A stretch of DNA of 64,000 nucleotides from Pseudomonadota bacterium (GTDB taxonomy: Bacteria; Pseudomonadota; Gammaproteobacteria; Eutrophobiales; Eutrophobiaceae), in NCBI GenBank assembly GCA_022574295.1, contig JACZSJ010000001.1:786-64785 (forward strand). The letters are read 5' to 3'. The first letter of the stretch is position 1. Every line of letters starts with the position of its first letter. A model generated the notes under the pieces. The model was not told where the DNA came from. It worked only from the letters and a program-made list of their open reading frames with translations, and did not search any database. The position numbers and the translations under genes are program-made. Shown in pieces: positions 20,936 to 30,571 of the stretch.

Positions 20936-22726
20936 CTAAAATTTATCCAGATCGTCAGGGATGACAGAGAAGATTTCTTCAAGTGTCGTCAGGCCCTCTG
21001 CAATTTTTTCTGCCCCACTAATTCGCAAACTACGCATGCCTTGCTTCAGAGCGGTAGCTCGCAATGTAATGAGCTCCCTGTTGTCTGACACCTTTTTTTG
21101 TAGTTCTGTATTCATGGTCAATATTTCGTAGATACCGATTCGTCCAAGATAGCCCGTATGTTTACATTCATCACAACCCACAGCTTTAAAACAGCCATTT
21201 GGTACTTTCAGTTTGGAGGGTGCCGTCAGTTTGCCCCATGCAGCTTTATCCAGAGTTGTTGCTTGTTTGCAGTGTGGGCAAAGTGTGCGCACCAGACGTT
21301 GTGCAAGAATTCCCAGTAGTGATGCGTTAATCAGGAAGGGTTGAACACCAATATCTATGAGTCTTACGATAGCAGAAGGTGCGTCATTCGTGTGTAAACT
21401 GGAGAGTACCAGGTGCCCGGTCAGGGCTGCTTGGATAGCGACATCAGCTGTTTCAAAATCACGAATTTCGCCAATCATAATAATATCTGGATCCTGCCTT
21501 AATAAAGTGCGTACGCCCGTCGCAAAATCAACACCGATATTGGCTTGTACCTGCATCTGGTTTAGCTGATCATCGATCATTTCGATAGGATCTTCGATGG
21601 TACAAATGTTGTAATCTGGGCGAGCCAATTGTTTTAAAGCTGAATAAAGCGTTGTGGTTTTTCCTGAGCCGGTTGGACCTGTAACCAGAATGATGCCGTG
21701 TGGATTTTTGGCCATGCTTTTCCAGCAATTAACATCATGTTGGCTGAAGCCAAGATCCGAAAAGCTTTTGTACAACATTTCAGGATTGAAGATTCGTATC
21801 ACCAGTTTTTCCCCAAATGCTGTCGGCATTGTCGAAAGTCTCATTTCGACTTCATCCCCCGCGGGTGTTTTGGTTTTAATTCGACCATCTTGTGGACGGC
21901 GCCTGTCCGTTACATCCATACGTCCCAGAGATTTTAGTCGACTGGATATAGCGCCCATCAGGATGATTGGAAATTCGTGGACCTGATGCAACACACCATC
22001 TATACGAAAGCGGACTTTACCTTTTTCTCTGCGTGGTTCCAGATGAATATCACTTGCGCGTTGTTCAAATGCAAACTGTAATAGCCAGTCAACAATACTT
22101 ACGATGTGTTGATCATTCGCATCAGGTTCACCCATCTTGCCAATTTCAACAAGTTGCTCGAAATTTTGTAACTTTGATCTGCTTTCATCAGAGTTGATTA
22201 AGGCACCGAGTATAGAACGACTTATGCCATAAAACTCTATCAGATAGCGTTCGATATCATTCGGGTTCACTAAGACGCGTTTGATCCTGAGATTGACAAT
22301 ACGTGAGAGCTCCGACTCCCATGAATCAAAGAAAGGTTCACAGCTAGCAACAGTCAATTCCCTGCTGCTTATTTTCAGAGGCAGAATTTTCAGATTTGCA
22401 GCATAAGCCTGAGAAACAAGACTGGTTACTTTATTGACATCTATCTTCAAAGGATCAATTCGCACATAGGGCATCCTGGTTTTCTCCGCCAACCATTGAG
22501 TCAGTCTCTCAAGTGTTAGTGGATAGGATCGTTTACCAGGACTCTTCCAGCCCTCATTGGATATCGTAACAAGGGGGTGCGTTTGTTCTTTGTCATCAGG
22601 TTTATATGAACTCTCAAATTGTGAGAGTTGCTGCTCGGTAATGAGATCATCTTGCAGCAACTGTTTCAGGACATAATCCATCGTCAGTTTTTCATTTCCT
22701 GAGGATGTAATCACTTGTTGTTGCAT
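20936..22726 (-). CDS. GspE/PilB-family secretion ATPase (type II secretion / type IV pilus family)
   Basis: 596 aa with a GspE-type N-terminal domain, a Walker A box (GPTGSGKTT) and a C-terminal tetracysteine motif (CPHC..CDEC). Confidence 0.75.
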   Translation of the reverse strand: MQQQVITSSGNEKLTMDYVLKQLLQDDLITEQQLSQFESSYKPDDKEQTHPLVTISNEGWKSPGKRSYPLTLERLTQWLAEKTRMPYVRIDPLKIDVNKVTSLVSQAYAANLKILPLKISSRELTVASCEPFFDSWESELSRIVNLRIKRVLVNPNDIERYLIEFYGISRSILGALINSDESRSKLQNFEQLVEIGKMGEPDANDQHIVSIVDWLLQFAFEQRASDIHLEPRREKGKVRFRIDGVLHQVHEFPIILMGAISSRLKSLGRMDVTDRRRPQDGRIKTKTPAGDEVEMRLSTMPTAFGEKLVIRIFNPEMLYKSFSDLGFSQHDVNCWKSMAKNPHGIILVTGPTGSGKTTTLYSALKQLARPDYNICTIEDPIEMIDDQLNQMQVQANIGVDFATGVRTLLRQDPDIIMIGEIRDFETADVAIQAALTGHLVLSSLHTNDAPSAIVRLIDIGVQPFLINASLLGILAQRLVRTLCPHCKQATTLDKAAWGKLTAPSKLKVPNGCFKAVGCDECKHTGYLGRIGIYEILTMNTELQKKVSDNRELITLRATALKQGMRSLRISGAEKIAEGLTTLEEIFSVIPDDLDKF

Positions 22727-22907
22727 ATGTTTATTCCAGGCTGGGCTATTCAGACGACTTTAGCACCCATTAATGTGAATAGGGAATAAATGTGACCCAA
22801 ATGGAACAGACATGGATTTGACATGTCTGATAGCATAGCGCGTATACTCCTGCCCGGTTCTGGATGATGAATTAACTATGATTTGACAGGGCTGATTTTG
22901 CCGAATA

Positions 22908-23633
22908 ATGAGACATTTGATGAAAGTAATCACTATATTAATAAGCATGACCCTGGTACTGACCGTATTCAATATCGGGGCAGAAGAACAGGTCGCAGAG
23001 CGCCTGACAAGAACTCTGCAACAGGTATTTCCGGACATGGAGATCACCCGCGTAACTTCTACGCCGATTGAGAATATATATGAGGTGATGATAGGTACGG
23101 ACGTAATTTATATGACAGGTGATGCCCGTTTTGTCCTGAAAGGGGACTTAATCGACATGAAGGAAAGACGCAATCTTAGTGAAGATGTGCGTTCGAGATC
23201 CAGAGCCGATTCGTTAAAAAATATACCAGAAAGTGAGTATATTGAATTTGCCTCCAAGGATAGCAAAGATATCATTTATGTGTTTACAGACGTCGATTGT
23301 AGCTATTGTCGAAAGTTACACAGAGATGTGCCCGAACTTAATGATAATGCGATAACTGTCCGTTATCTGGCATACCCAAGAGCAGGCATTGGATCCTCAG
23401 TTCATAGATTAATGGAGGATGTCTGGTGTGCTGAAGATCGTCAGCAGGCATTGACGGATGCCAAGGCCGGTAGACTAGTCAAAACAAGTGAGTGTAAAAA
23501 CCCGGTAGAAAATCAGCACGCCCTGGGCAGGAAACTGGGCGTTCGAGGCACACCGGCGATATTTCTTGAGAACGGTCGCGCATTATCAGGTTATATGCCT
23601 CCGGACGAATTACTCAGAGAGATCGGTAGATAA
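22908..23633 (+). CDS. dsbC: Thiol:disulfide interchange protein DsbC/DsbG family
   Basis: Signal peptide, a dimerisation N-domain and a thioredoxin CxxC motif (DVDCSYCRKLH). Confidence 0.8.
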   Translation: MRHLMKVITILISMTLVLTVFNIGAEEQVAERLTRTLQQVFPDMEITRVTSTPIENIYEVMIGTDVIYMTGDARFVLKGDLIDMKERRNLSEDVRSRSRADSLKNIPESEYIEFASKDSKDIIYVFTDVDCSYCRKLHRDVPELNDNAITVRYLAYPRAGIGSSVHRLMEDVWCAEDRQQALTDAKAGRLVKTSECKNPVENQHALGRKLGVRGTPAIFLENGRALSGYMPPDELLREIGR

Positions 23634-24368
23634 ATGACTCTCACCTGTTCGAGTAAACCCGCTCAGTGTAGTGATCATTGCTGTTGTCATGGAACCCTCA
23701 TCATCCGTAGCTTCAACCTTGACGGGTAGAAAATGAAGTTCGCTCGCGCACCAAAGGGTCAGGTTTCCTTTCTCATCATGTTTCTGGCGGACAATTTTTA
23801 CGGTATTCAGTTTACCGATAGGAGTATCTAACAACTCTTCTCCAAGATATTCGAAATTGTAGGTTTTAATCTTTGTCCCGTCTACAACAGTATAGGAAGC
23901 TGGATGATGGCCCCTTTCAAGATTGTGCATCATATCAAGCTGGTAGAGTAGTTTATCGGTCATCTCTGGCTTTAGTTCCAGAGTTGATTTCTTTCCGTTT
24001 ACAATGGAATTTACCTGATGGTTCTCCCAGTCAAAAATCGTTTGTTTATGGCTTTTTTTCTTTTTCTTGATGCGTTGATAACTGTAGTCTAAGGGTTGTA
24101 TTTTCTGGTTTTGCAGACGCCAGTGTGATTCTTCCAGAACATGGAGTTTATAAAAAATGGATACCAGACCTGTCGAGTTTGTTTCTGATCGATAAATATA
24201 TTCGCCATTATCAAGCCGACTTAAACTACGATGCATTTTTGCCACTTCAACACCTTTCTTGAATATCGTATAAGACGCTTCAAACGGCAGTGGCAGGTTC
24301 TCTTCCGCGTGTAATTGTGAAGCACAGGCCAGTAAAATTATCAGAAATATTTGACTTGGTTTTTTCAT
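23610..24368 (-). CDS. Secreted hypothetical protein (DUF3108-like)
   Basis: Signal peptide MKKPSQIFLIILLACASQLHA. Start taken at the internal Met. No catalytic motif recognised. Confidence 0.4.
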   Translation of the reverse strand: MKKPSQIFLIILLACASQLHAEENLPLPFEASYTIFKKGVEVAKMHRSLSRLDNGEYIYRSETNSTGLVSIFYKLHVLEESHWRLQNQKIQPLDYSYQRIKKKKKSHKQTIFDWENHQVNSIVNGKKSTLELKPEMTDKLLYQLDMMHNLERGHHPASYTVVDGTKIKTYNFEYLGEELLDTPIGKLNTVKIVRQKHDEKGNLTLWCASELHFLPVKVEATDDEGSMTTAMITTLSGFTRTGESHLSTDLSE

Positions 24369-24473
24369 GGTAATCAGTTGCATTGGAGTACTAAGACAAG
24401 CATTCGATGTTAATATTCGCCCCAACTGAAAGATTAATAAGACTTTATAACGGGGAAGGGTTGTTAACAACAA

Positions 24474-25904
24474 ATGAAGCAGATATTTACACCAGATAAC
24501 AAAGCCAGGGTGCTGATTGCTGGAGATATCATTCTGGACAGGTACCTGCATGGTGATACAACACGAATATCACCAGAAGCGCCAGTGCCTGTGGTCCATG
24601 TCAAAGAAACTGAAGAGCGACCGGGTGGGGCAGGTAATGTTGCCCTGAATATTTCTAAATTGGGTGTGCAATCATGTCTGGTGGGCGTCACTGGAGATGA
24701 TGATTCAGCTGATATTCTGGAAGCCTACCTGTCTGATGTGGGTGTTGAATGTCAGTTTATTCGTCAAAGTGGTTTCCCTACAGTGACGAAATTAAGAGTG
24801 TTGAGTCAACATCAACAACTGATTCGCCTGGACTATGAATCAAATACGTCTCAAATTGATGTGGCAAAAATCAGCGAATTATTTGTTCAGCAATTAAAAG
24901 AAACAAAGGTTGTCGTCCTGTCAGATTATGCCAAAGGAAGTTTGTTGGGCATAGAAAAACTCATTCAGCATGCAAGAGATAATGGATGTACCGTCCTGGT
25001 TGATCCAAAAGGCACTGATTTTACACGGTATCGGGGAGCAACTATTTTAACCCCAAATCTTAAAGAGTTTGAAACTGTTGTTGATGGGTGTGATGGCGTT
25101 GATGAAATTGTCTCAAAGGGTAAAGCTCTATGCGAGACACTCGAACTGGAAGCATTGTTGGTCACAAGGGGCAAAGAAGGGATGTCGTTGATTCGTCCGC
25201 TCGGGTCGGTCGTCCATTTTCCCTCGCGGGCACTGGATATTTTTGACGTGACAGGCGCAGGAGATACTGTCATCGCGACATTGGCAGCTGCGATTGCATC
25301 AGGTCATGACATGGTTCATGCAACTGCTTTCGCCAATGAGGCTGCGGGTCTTGTTGTTGCAAAATTGGGGGCAGCTTACGTGACGGTTGATGAATTGAAT
25401 CATGCTGTGATGGAACATCATGTTAAAAATAAAGGCATATTGGATAATGCTCGTTTAATGGGTGTGGTCAATGAAATTAAAAAACAGGGTGAAACACTGG
25501 TGATGACGAATGGGTGTTTTGATATTCTGCATGCAGGACATGTGCAATATTTACAACAGGCAAAGCAGTTAGGGGACTATTTGCTGGTTGCAGTGAATGA
25601 TGATGCTTCGGTATCCCGGTTAAAAGGCAATGATCGCCCCATCAATAAATTAGAGGATCGCATGCTTGTACTAGATGCACTGAAGTCAGTAGATTGGGTT
25701 GTTCCTTTTACAGGTGATACCCCTGAAGATCTGATAAATAAAGTATTGCCAGATATTCTGGTGAAAGGCGGGGATTATCAGGCGCATGAAATCGCAGGGG
25801 CTGACTCAGTACTAAAAAATAAGGGTGAAGTTCGAATACTCCCATTACTTGAAGGTTGTTCGACTAGCTACATTATTGATAGTGTCAGGACTGGAGAGAA
25901 ATAA
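24474..25904 (+). CDS. hldE: Bifunctional D-beta-D-heptose 7-phosphate kinase / D-beta-D-heptose 1-phosphate adenylyltransferase
   Basis: 476 aa with an N-terminal ribokinase-like domain (GAGDT) and a C-terminal cytidylyltransferase domain ([10 protein letters not shown]). Confidence 0.9.
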   Translation: MKQIFTPDNKARVLIAGDIILDRYLHGDTTRISPEAPVPVVHVKETEERPGGAGNVALNISKLGVQSCLVGVTGDDDSADILEAYLSDVGVECQFIRQSGFPTVTKLRVLSQHQQLIRLDYESNTSQIDVAKISELFVQQLKETKVVVLSDYAKGSLLGIEKLIQHARDNGCTVLVDPKGTDFTRYRGATILTPNLKEFETVVDGCDGVDEIVSKGKALCETLELEALLVTRGKEGMSLIRPLGSVVHFPSRALDIFDVTGAGDTVIATLAAAIASGHDMVHATAFANEAAGLVVAKLGAAYVTVDELNHAVMEHHVKNKGILDNARLMGVVNEIKKQGETLVMTNGCFDILHAGHVQYLQQAKQLGDYLLVAVNDDASVSRLKGNDRPINKLEDRMLVLDALKSVDWVVPFTGDTPEDLINKVLPDILVKGGDYQAHEIAGADSVLKNKGEVRILPLLEGCSTSYIIDSVRTGEK

Positions 25905-25909
25905 AACCG

Positions 25910-26881
25910 ATGATTATCGTTACGGGGGGCGCAGGTTTTATAGGCAGCAATCTTGTTAAGGCTCTGAATAAGAAGGGCAAGGCAGATATATTGCTTGTGG
26001 ATGATCTGACTGATGGGGTCAAGTTTAGAAACCTGGTTGACTGTCAGGTGATGGATTATCTGGACAAAGATGATTTTCTTCAACTTGTGAAACAGGAAAA
26101 GGATCTTGGTCAGGAGATTGAAGCAGTTTTTCATCAAGGTGCTTGTTCTACGACTACCGAATGGGATGGTCGTTATATGATGGAGAATAACTATACCTAT
26201 TCAAAGGAATTGTTGCATTACTGTTTGAAACTCAGGGTTCCCTTCATTTATGCATCCAGTGCCGCGGTTTATGGGTCAGGTAAGAATTTCAAGGAAACGA
26301 AGGCAAACGAAATGCCAGTGAACGTTTATGGCTACTCAAAATATTTATTTGATGAATATGTCAGGCGAATCGCAATCAACCCCGAAAGTCAGGTGCCAGA
26401 GAGTCAGGTGCCAGAGAGTCAGGTGATTGGATTGCGTTATTTTAATGTCTATGGGCCACGAGAGCAGCACAAGGGGTCTATGGCCAGTGTTGTCTGGCAT
26501 TTAAATCAGCAGCTAAAAGCGACAGGTAAAGTCAGATTATTTGCAGGGAGCGGTGGATACGCAGAGGGTGAACAGCGCCGTGATTTTATCCATGTAGATG
26601 ATGTAGTGAATGTTAATCTATGGCTGTTGGAAAGAGGGTGTTGTGGCATTGTCAATGTTGGAACGGGTGTAAGCCGACCATTTAACGATGTGGCCAAAGC
26701 GGTTATTGCCTGGCACGACAAGGGGGAAATTGAATATATCGAGTTCCCCGAGCATCTGAAGGGTAGTTATCAAAGTTATACTCAGGCGGACTTAAATTCG
26801 TTGAGGGAAATGGGTTATAAAGATGATTTTTTATCTGTTGAAGATGGCGTAAAACAATATCTCGATATTTTAAATACATGA
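25910..26881 (+). CDS. hldD: ADP-L-glycero-D-manno-heptose 6-epimerase
   Basis: Rossmann motif GGAGFIGSN and [10 protein letters not shown]. Carries an in-frame PESQV tandem insertion. Confidence 0.9.
   Translation: MIIVTGGAGFIGSNLVKALNKKGKADILLVDDLTDGVKFRNLVDCQVMDYLDKDDFLQLVKQEKDLGQEIEAVFHQGACSTTTEWDGRYMMENNYTYSKELLHYCLKLRVPFIYASSAAVYGSGKNFKETKANEMPVNVYGYSKYLFDEYVRRIAINPESQVPESQVPESQVIGLRYFNVYGPREQHKGSMASVVWHLNQQLKATGKVRLFAGSGGYAEGEQRRDFIHVDDVVNVNLWLLERGCCGIVNVGTGVSRPFNDVAKAVIAWHDKGEIEYIEFPEHLKGSYQSYTQADLNSLREMGYKDDFLSVEDGVKQYLDILNT
26381..26425 (+). repeat. In-frame 15-bp tandem repeat (CCAGAGAGTCAGGTG, about 3 copies) inside hldD
   Basis: Two perfect copies plus one degenerate copy, encoding [15 protein letters not shown]. 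Confidence 0.8.
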
Positions 26882-26944
26882 ATAAAACTAAATATTAGTT
26901 CAGAATTATTCTATTAGTTAAGAAATACCCAGAGACCAGACCCA

Positions 26945-28222
26945 TTGAGAATAATCTATTCTTTCATCCTCTATTTGCTTGCCCCTCTAGTCATATTCCG
27001 ATTATTCTGGCTTGGCTTCCGGAACCCTGATTACAGGAGTCGTTGGACAGAACGATTTGGCCTGCTGGACAAAACCATATCTAACGACAAGATTATCTGG
27101 TTGCATGCGGTTTCTGTCGGAGAAGTACAGGCAGCGAGGCCCCTGGTTAACGGTTTGCTGGAAGAGTATCCGGAATTCAGGATTATAATCACCACCATGA
27201 CGCCCACGGGTGCTGATACCGTCAGGCAATATTTTGCAGATACCGTTGGGCACTTTTATATTCCTTATGATTTACCGGTGTCCGTCAAACGCTTTCTCTC
27301 CATCGTTGACCCAACAATATTAATCGTTATGGAAACAGAATTGTGGCCAAATTTGTTTCATTATTGTCGAGCAAACAATGTTCCAGTTGTCGTGATCAAT
27401 GCACGCATGTCTGAAAAATCTGCTAAAGGTTACCGACGCCTGTCATCATTAACGCGGTCAACGCTTAAAAATATTTCATTAATTGTAGCTCAGGGGCAAA
27501 AGGATGCGGAAAGATTGATAGCCCTCGGTGCTGACAGAGAGAAAGTTAAAATTTCAGGGAATTTGAAGTTTGATATACATTTTCCTCACAGTGTTTCTGA
27601 ACAAGCACAAGCACTGAGAAGATATCTTTCAGTGAACAGACCCATATGGATTGCAGCCAGTACCCATGAAGGCGAAGAGAAAATAATACTGGATGCTTTT
27701 GCTAAAATTCTGGAAAAACAATCGCGGTGTTTACTTGTGATTGCGCCAAGACATCCTGAGCGCTCACCAGGTATCAGGACATTATGCAATAGACGAAATC
27801 TTAAAGTGTTGTGTAAAACCGAAAACACAGTGTGTGATGAAAGCATACAGGTTTTCATTCTTGATACGCTGGGTGAATTACCAATGTATTATGCAGCTGC
27901 TGATGTCGCGTTTGTCGGGGGTAGCCTTACGGAAAACGGTGGTCATAATATGTTAGAGCCAGCCAGCCTGGGGGTGCCAGTGATTATGGGACCATATGTT
28001 TTTAATTTTCAGGAAATCAGCCAAATATTGATAGACGAAAGGGCCGCGTGGAAAGTGTCCTGTGCAGATGAACTATCCAGTAGGGTATGTGGTCTACTGG
28101 ACGATGCGAACTTAAGGCATAGCACTGGTGAACGAGGCAGGAATATCGTTTTTAAGAACCGTGGCAACGTTGAAAATGTGATGAAATTACTGCGAGATTT
28201 TTTCCGGACTTCTGTAACTTAG
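26945..28222 (+). CDS. waaA: 3-deoxy-D-manno-octulosonic acid (Kdo) transferase
   Basis: 425 aa with the KdtA-like N-terminus (IWLHAVSVGE). Confidence 0.85.
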   Translation: MRIIYSFILYLLAPLVIFRLFWLGFRNPDYRSRWTERFGLLDKTISNDKIIWLHAVSVGEVQAARPLVNGLLEEYPEFRIIITTMTPTGADTVRQYFADTVGHFYIPYDLPVSVKRFLSIVDPTILIVMETELWPNLFHYCRANNVPVVVINARMSEKSAKGYRRLSSLTRSTLKNISLIVAQGQKDAERLIALGADREKVKISGNLKFDIHFPHSVSEQAQALRRYLSVNRPIWIAASTHEGEEKIILDAFAKILEKQSRCLLVIAPRHPERSPGIRTLCNRRNLKVLCKTENTVCDESIQVFILDTLGELPMYYAAADVAFVGGSLTENGGHNMLEPASLGVPVIMGPYVFNFQEISQILIDERAAWKVSCADELSSRVCGLLDDANLRHSTGERGRNIVFKNRGNVENVMKLLRDFFRTSVT

Positions 28223-28330
28223 GATAACATCAGGGTTTTAACTGGGTATAATGTCCGAAATTCCTTAGGTGATCAGCCTGTATAGGATAATTGTCGGATA
28301 TAAATAATGTAAAATTTGGAGATATGAGAA

Positions 28331-28738
28331 ATGCGTTTAATTAAAGTTTTTCCCTTTATACTACTGTTGGGTTTTTCATCGGTGGTTAGTGCTAATGATT
28401 TTCCGACACGTGATCGAGCTGAGTATGTGCTTAATTGCCTCCAGGAACTTGGTAGAAACTCCATGGCCGATTTACAAACATGTTCATGCCGGATCGACGC
28501 AATCGCATCACAAATACAATTTGAACAATATGGTTGGGCGGTCACCTATGAACGTAATAAAAGAATGACAGGTGAAAAGGGCGGTATCTTCAGGGATAAC
28601 GATGCAGGTAAAGCATTTGCGAAAGAACTAACAGTAGCTACGGAAATAGCTGAAAGCCAATGCAAACAGGTTGTGCAGATTGTGGCACCGACGGATCTGA
28701 CAGGGGATAAAAAATATCATGAGATAGTGGTATATTAA
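28331..28738 (+). CDS. Small secreted hypothetical protein
   Basis: Signal peptide MRLIKVFPFILLLGFSSVVSA and 4-5 Cys. No recognisable family. Confidence 0.4.
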   Translation: MRLIKVFPFILLLGFSSVVSANDFPTRDRAEYVLNCLQELGRNSMADLQTCSCRIDAIASQIQFEQYGWAVTYERNKRMTGEKGGIFRDNDAGKAFAKELTVATEIAESQCKQVVQIVAPTDLTGDKKYHEIVVY

Positions 28739-28802
28739 AATTAATAGAGGGTTCCTCAAGTCAGTTGCAGAATAGTGTAGTCAAGGCATTAGCATTAACA
28801 AT

Positions 28803-28831
28803 AAAAAAGGGTGGCAAAGCCACCCTTTTTT
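28803..28831. terminator. Bidirectional rho-independent terminator
   Basis: AAAAAGGGTGGCAAAGCCACCCTTTTTT lying between convergent genes. Confidence 0.8.
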
Positions 28832-28864
28832 GCGGGGTCCACGGTTTATGAAATTACATGGAAT

Positions 28865-29752
28865 TTATAGCGTAACTGAATGTGTTGCTTTAAATTTATT
28901 ATTCTTGGTATCAACAGCCTCAACGACTATGTCAGCTTCCTTTTCTGGTTTGAAAAAGAAACGAAAACTTGGATCCTGACTGACAGCAAACGTCAGAATT
29001 GCTTTCATTACCAGTTTGCCATCATAGCTTATCTTAAGTCCTTTAATAAAATGAGGGGGTGGTTTAACGCCGGTTCTGACGCTTGCCCCAAGACCCGTGA
29101 TATTTGGGTGACTAATTTTAAGCTGCATCAAATTAGCATCTCCTAGGGCAACATCACCAATCGTATTTATTTTCATTTTGCCCATACGCTTCAGTGATTC
29201 TTCTACACTTGCACCTAGGGGTTCAGAACAACCACCAAGCGAACGGATGAAAGATTTACTCATCAGTAAATCACCGTTGTTCATTTCAGTCACGACGCGG
29301 AAATAGGTATTATCATCAACCCTGATACGCATGGCCAAATCTGCCTTGCCACTTTCCGGGGTAAATTCAAATATACCGACCAGTGGCAGCGGATTTTTAT
29401 CCAGATATATATATAGCTTTTTAATATAGCGGTCGGCCGTTTGAGGAATCCTTGTATGTATCGAGACAGGCACGACTGAAGGATCTTCTGATCGGTATGG
29501 CGCTTTTATCTCAATAACAGCATCAGCCTGATTTTCATTAATTTTCCTGTCCTGAAATACCCCGGGACGAATGTTTTTATCCCACACAGTATCAGATTGT
29601 TTTTTAAGATCATCGGGGCTTCGGTTTCTCAGCTCGTCAACAGTTCCGGCCATTGTCGGCAAGGTGAATGCGAACAACGATATGAATAAGGTTGTTCCAA
29701 TAAAAATATTTAATGAATCTCTCATCACACTCTGCCTTCTTGCAATATCCAA
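28865..29752 (-). CDS. Quinoprotein dehydrogenase-associated SoxYZ-like carrier protein
   Basis: Signal peptide. The mid-region has a SoxY-like GGC motif (SLGGCSEP). The C-terminal region has a SoxZ-like HPxxTG motif (ISHPNITGL). Divergent from xoxF. Confidence 0.5.
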   Translation of the reverse strand: MDIARRQSVMRDSLNIFIGTTLFISLFAFTLPTMAGTVDELRNRSPDDLKKQSDTVWDKNIRPGVFQDRKINENQADAVIEIKAPYRSEDPSVVPVSIHTRIPQTADRYIKKLYIYLDKNPLPLVGIFEFTPESGKADLAMRIRVDDNTYFRVVTEMNNGDLLMSKSFIRSLGGCSEPLGASVEESLKRMGKMKINTIGDVALGDANLMQLKISHPNITGLGASVRTGVKPPPHFIKGLKISYDGKLVMKAILTFAVSQDPSFRFFFKPEKEADIVVEAVDTKNNKFKATHSVTL

Positions 29753-30571
29753 ATAGCTATGTAACTGAAATAATGATCTTTGAAGATTGTAACACTATAC
29801 GTTCACACTTTAGTTGGATGCATTATCTTAATGACAGAGACAAACAGGATTGGATAAAGTTCATGACTGCACTCAAAATCTATGTTGGTCTTGATGTATA
29901 TTTGGATTGAATCTTATTGTTTAACAAAATCAACTAACATATTAATAATCAAGGGAGTTAATGGCACTAATTTAGATTAAATTTTTAATGTTTTTAAGCA
30001 GTAAATACAATCGCCGCTATGCAAGGCTAGGTCATGCATTATCGCCTTGAGTCAGAAACTTGCGTATTGTGTGACAATTGCCTAGAATCCATACGCTTAT
30101 GTTGGATGTTTAAAGCAGATGAGGATATTGCTGCGCCGCATCATCAAAAGGGTATGCCTAGTTGGTGACGATGGCGGAAGTGGTATACAATAAGGCCTCA
30201 CTGTAGTCGGGTAAGTTGATAATCAGGGACGGACTTATTCGCATGGCGTAGTGTTTCCATCGAAGTGCAGGAACGTACTAAAGTTCAAACACGTACAATT
30301 TGGGAAATATTGTAATTTTGAAATATGAATTTTTTATAACGCGCAGCTATGAAATGCCAAATAACGAAATAAAATATGTGGCAACGACAAAATCTTATCT
30401 CAACTGTCTGCACAGTACGTGTGCCACGGCTGCCATCTCGCACGCCAACATTCATGCAAATAAACATTCTTTATTACAGTCCTTTGATGTCTTATGATCT
30501 CGAGATATCAGGGGATTTCCTATATGTACTTTGAGATCGCACATGATCAACTAATATAAGAGGAGGAGGTC

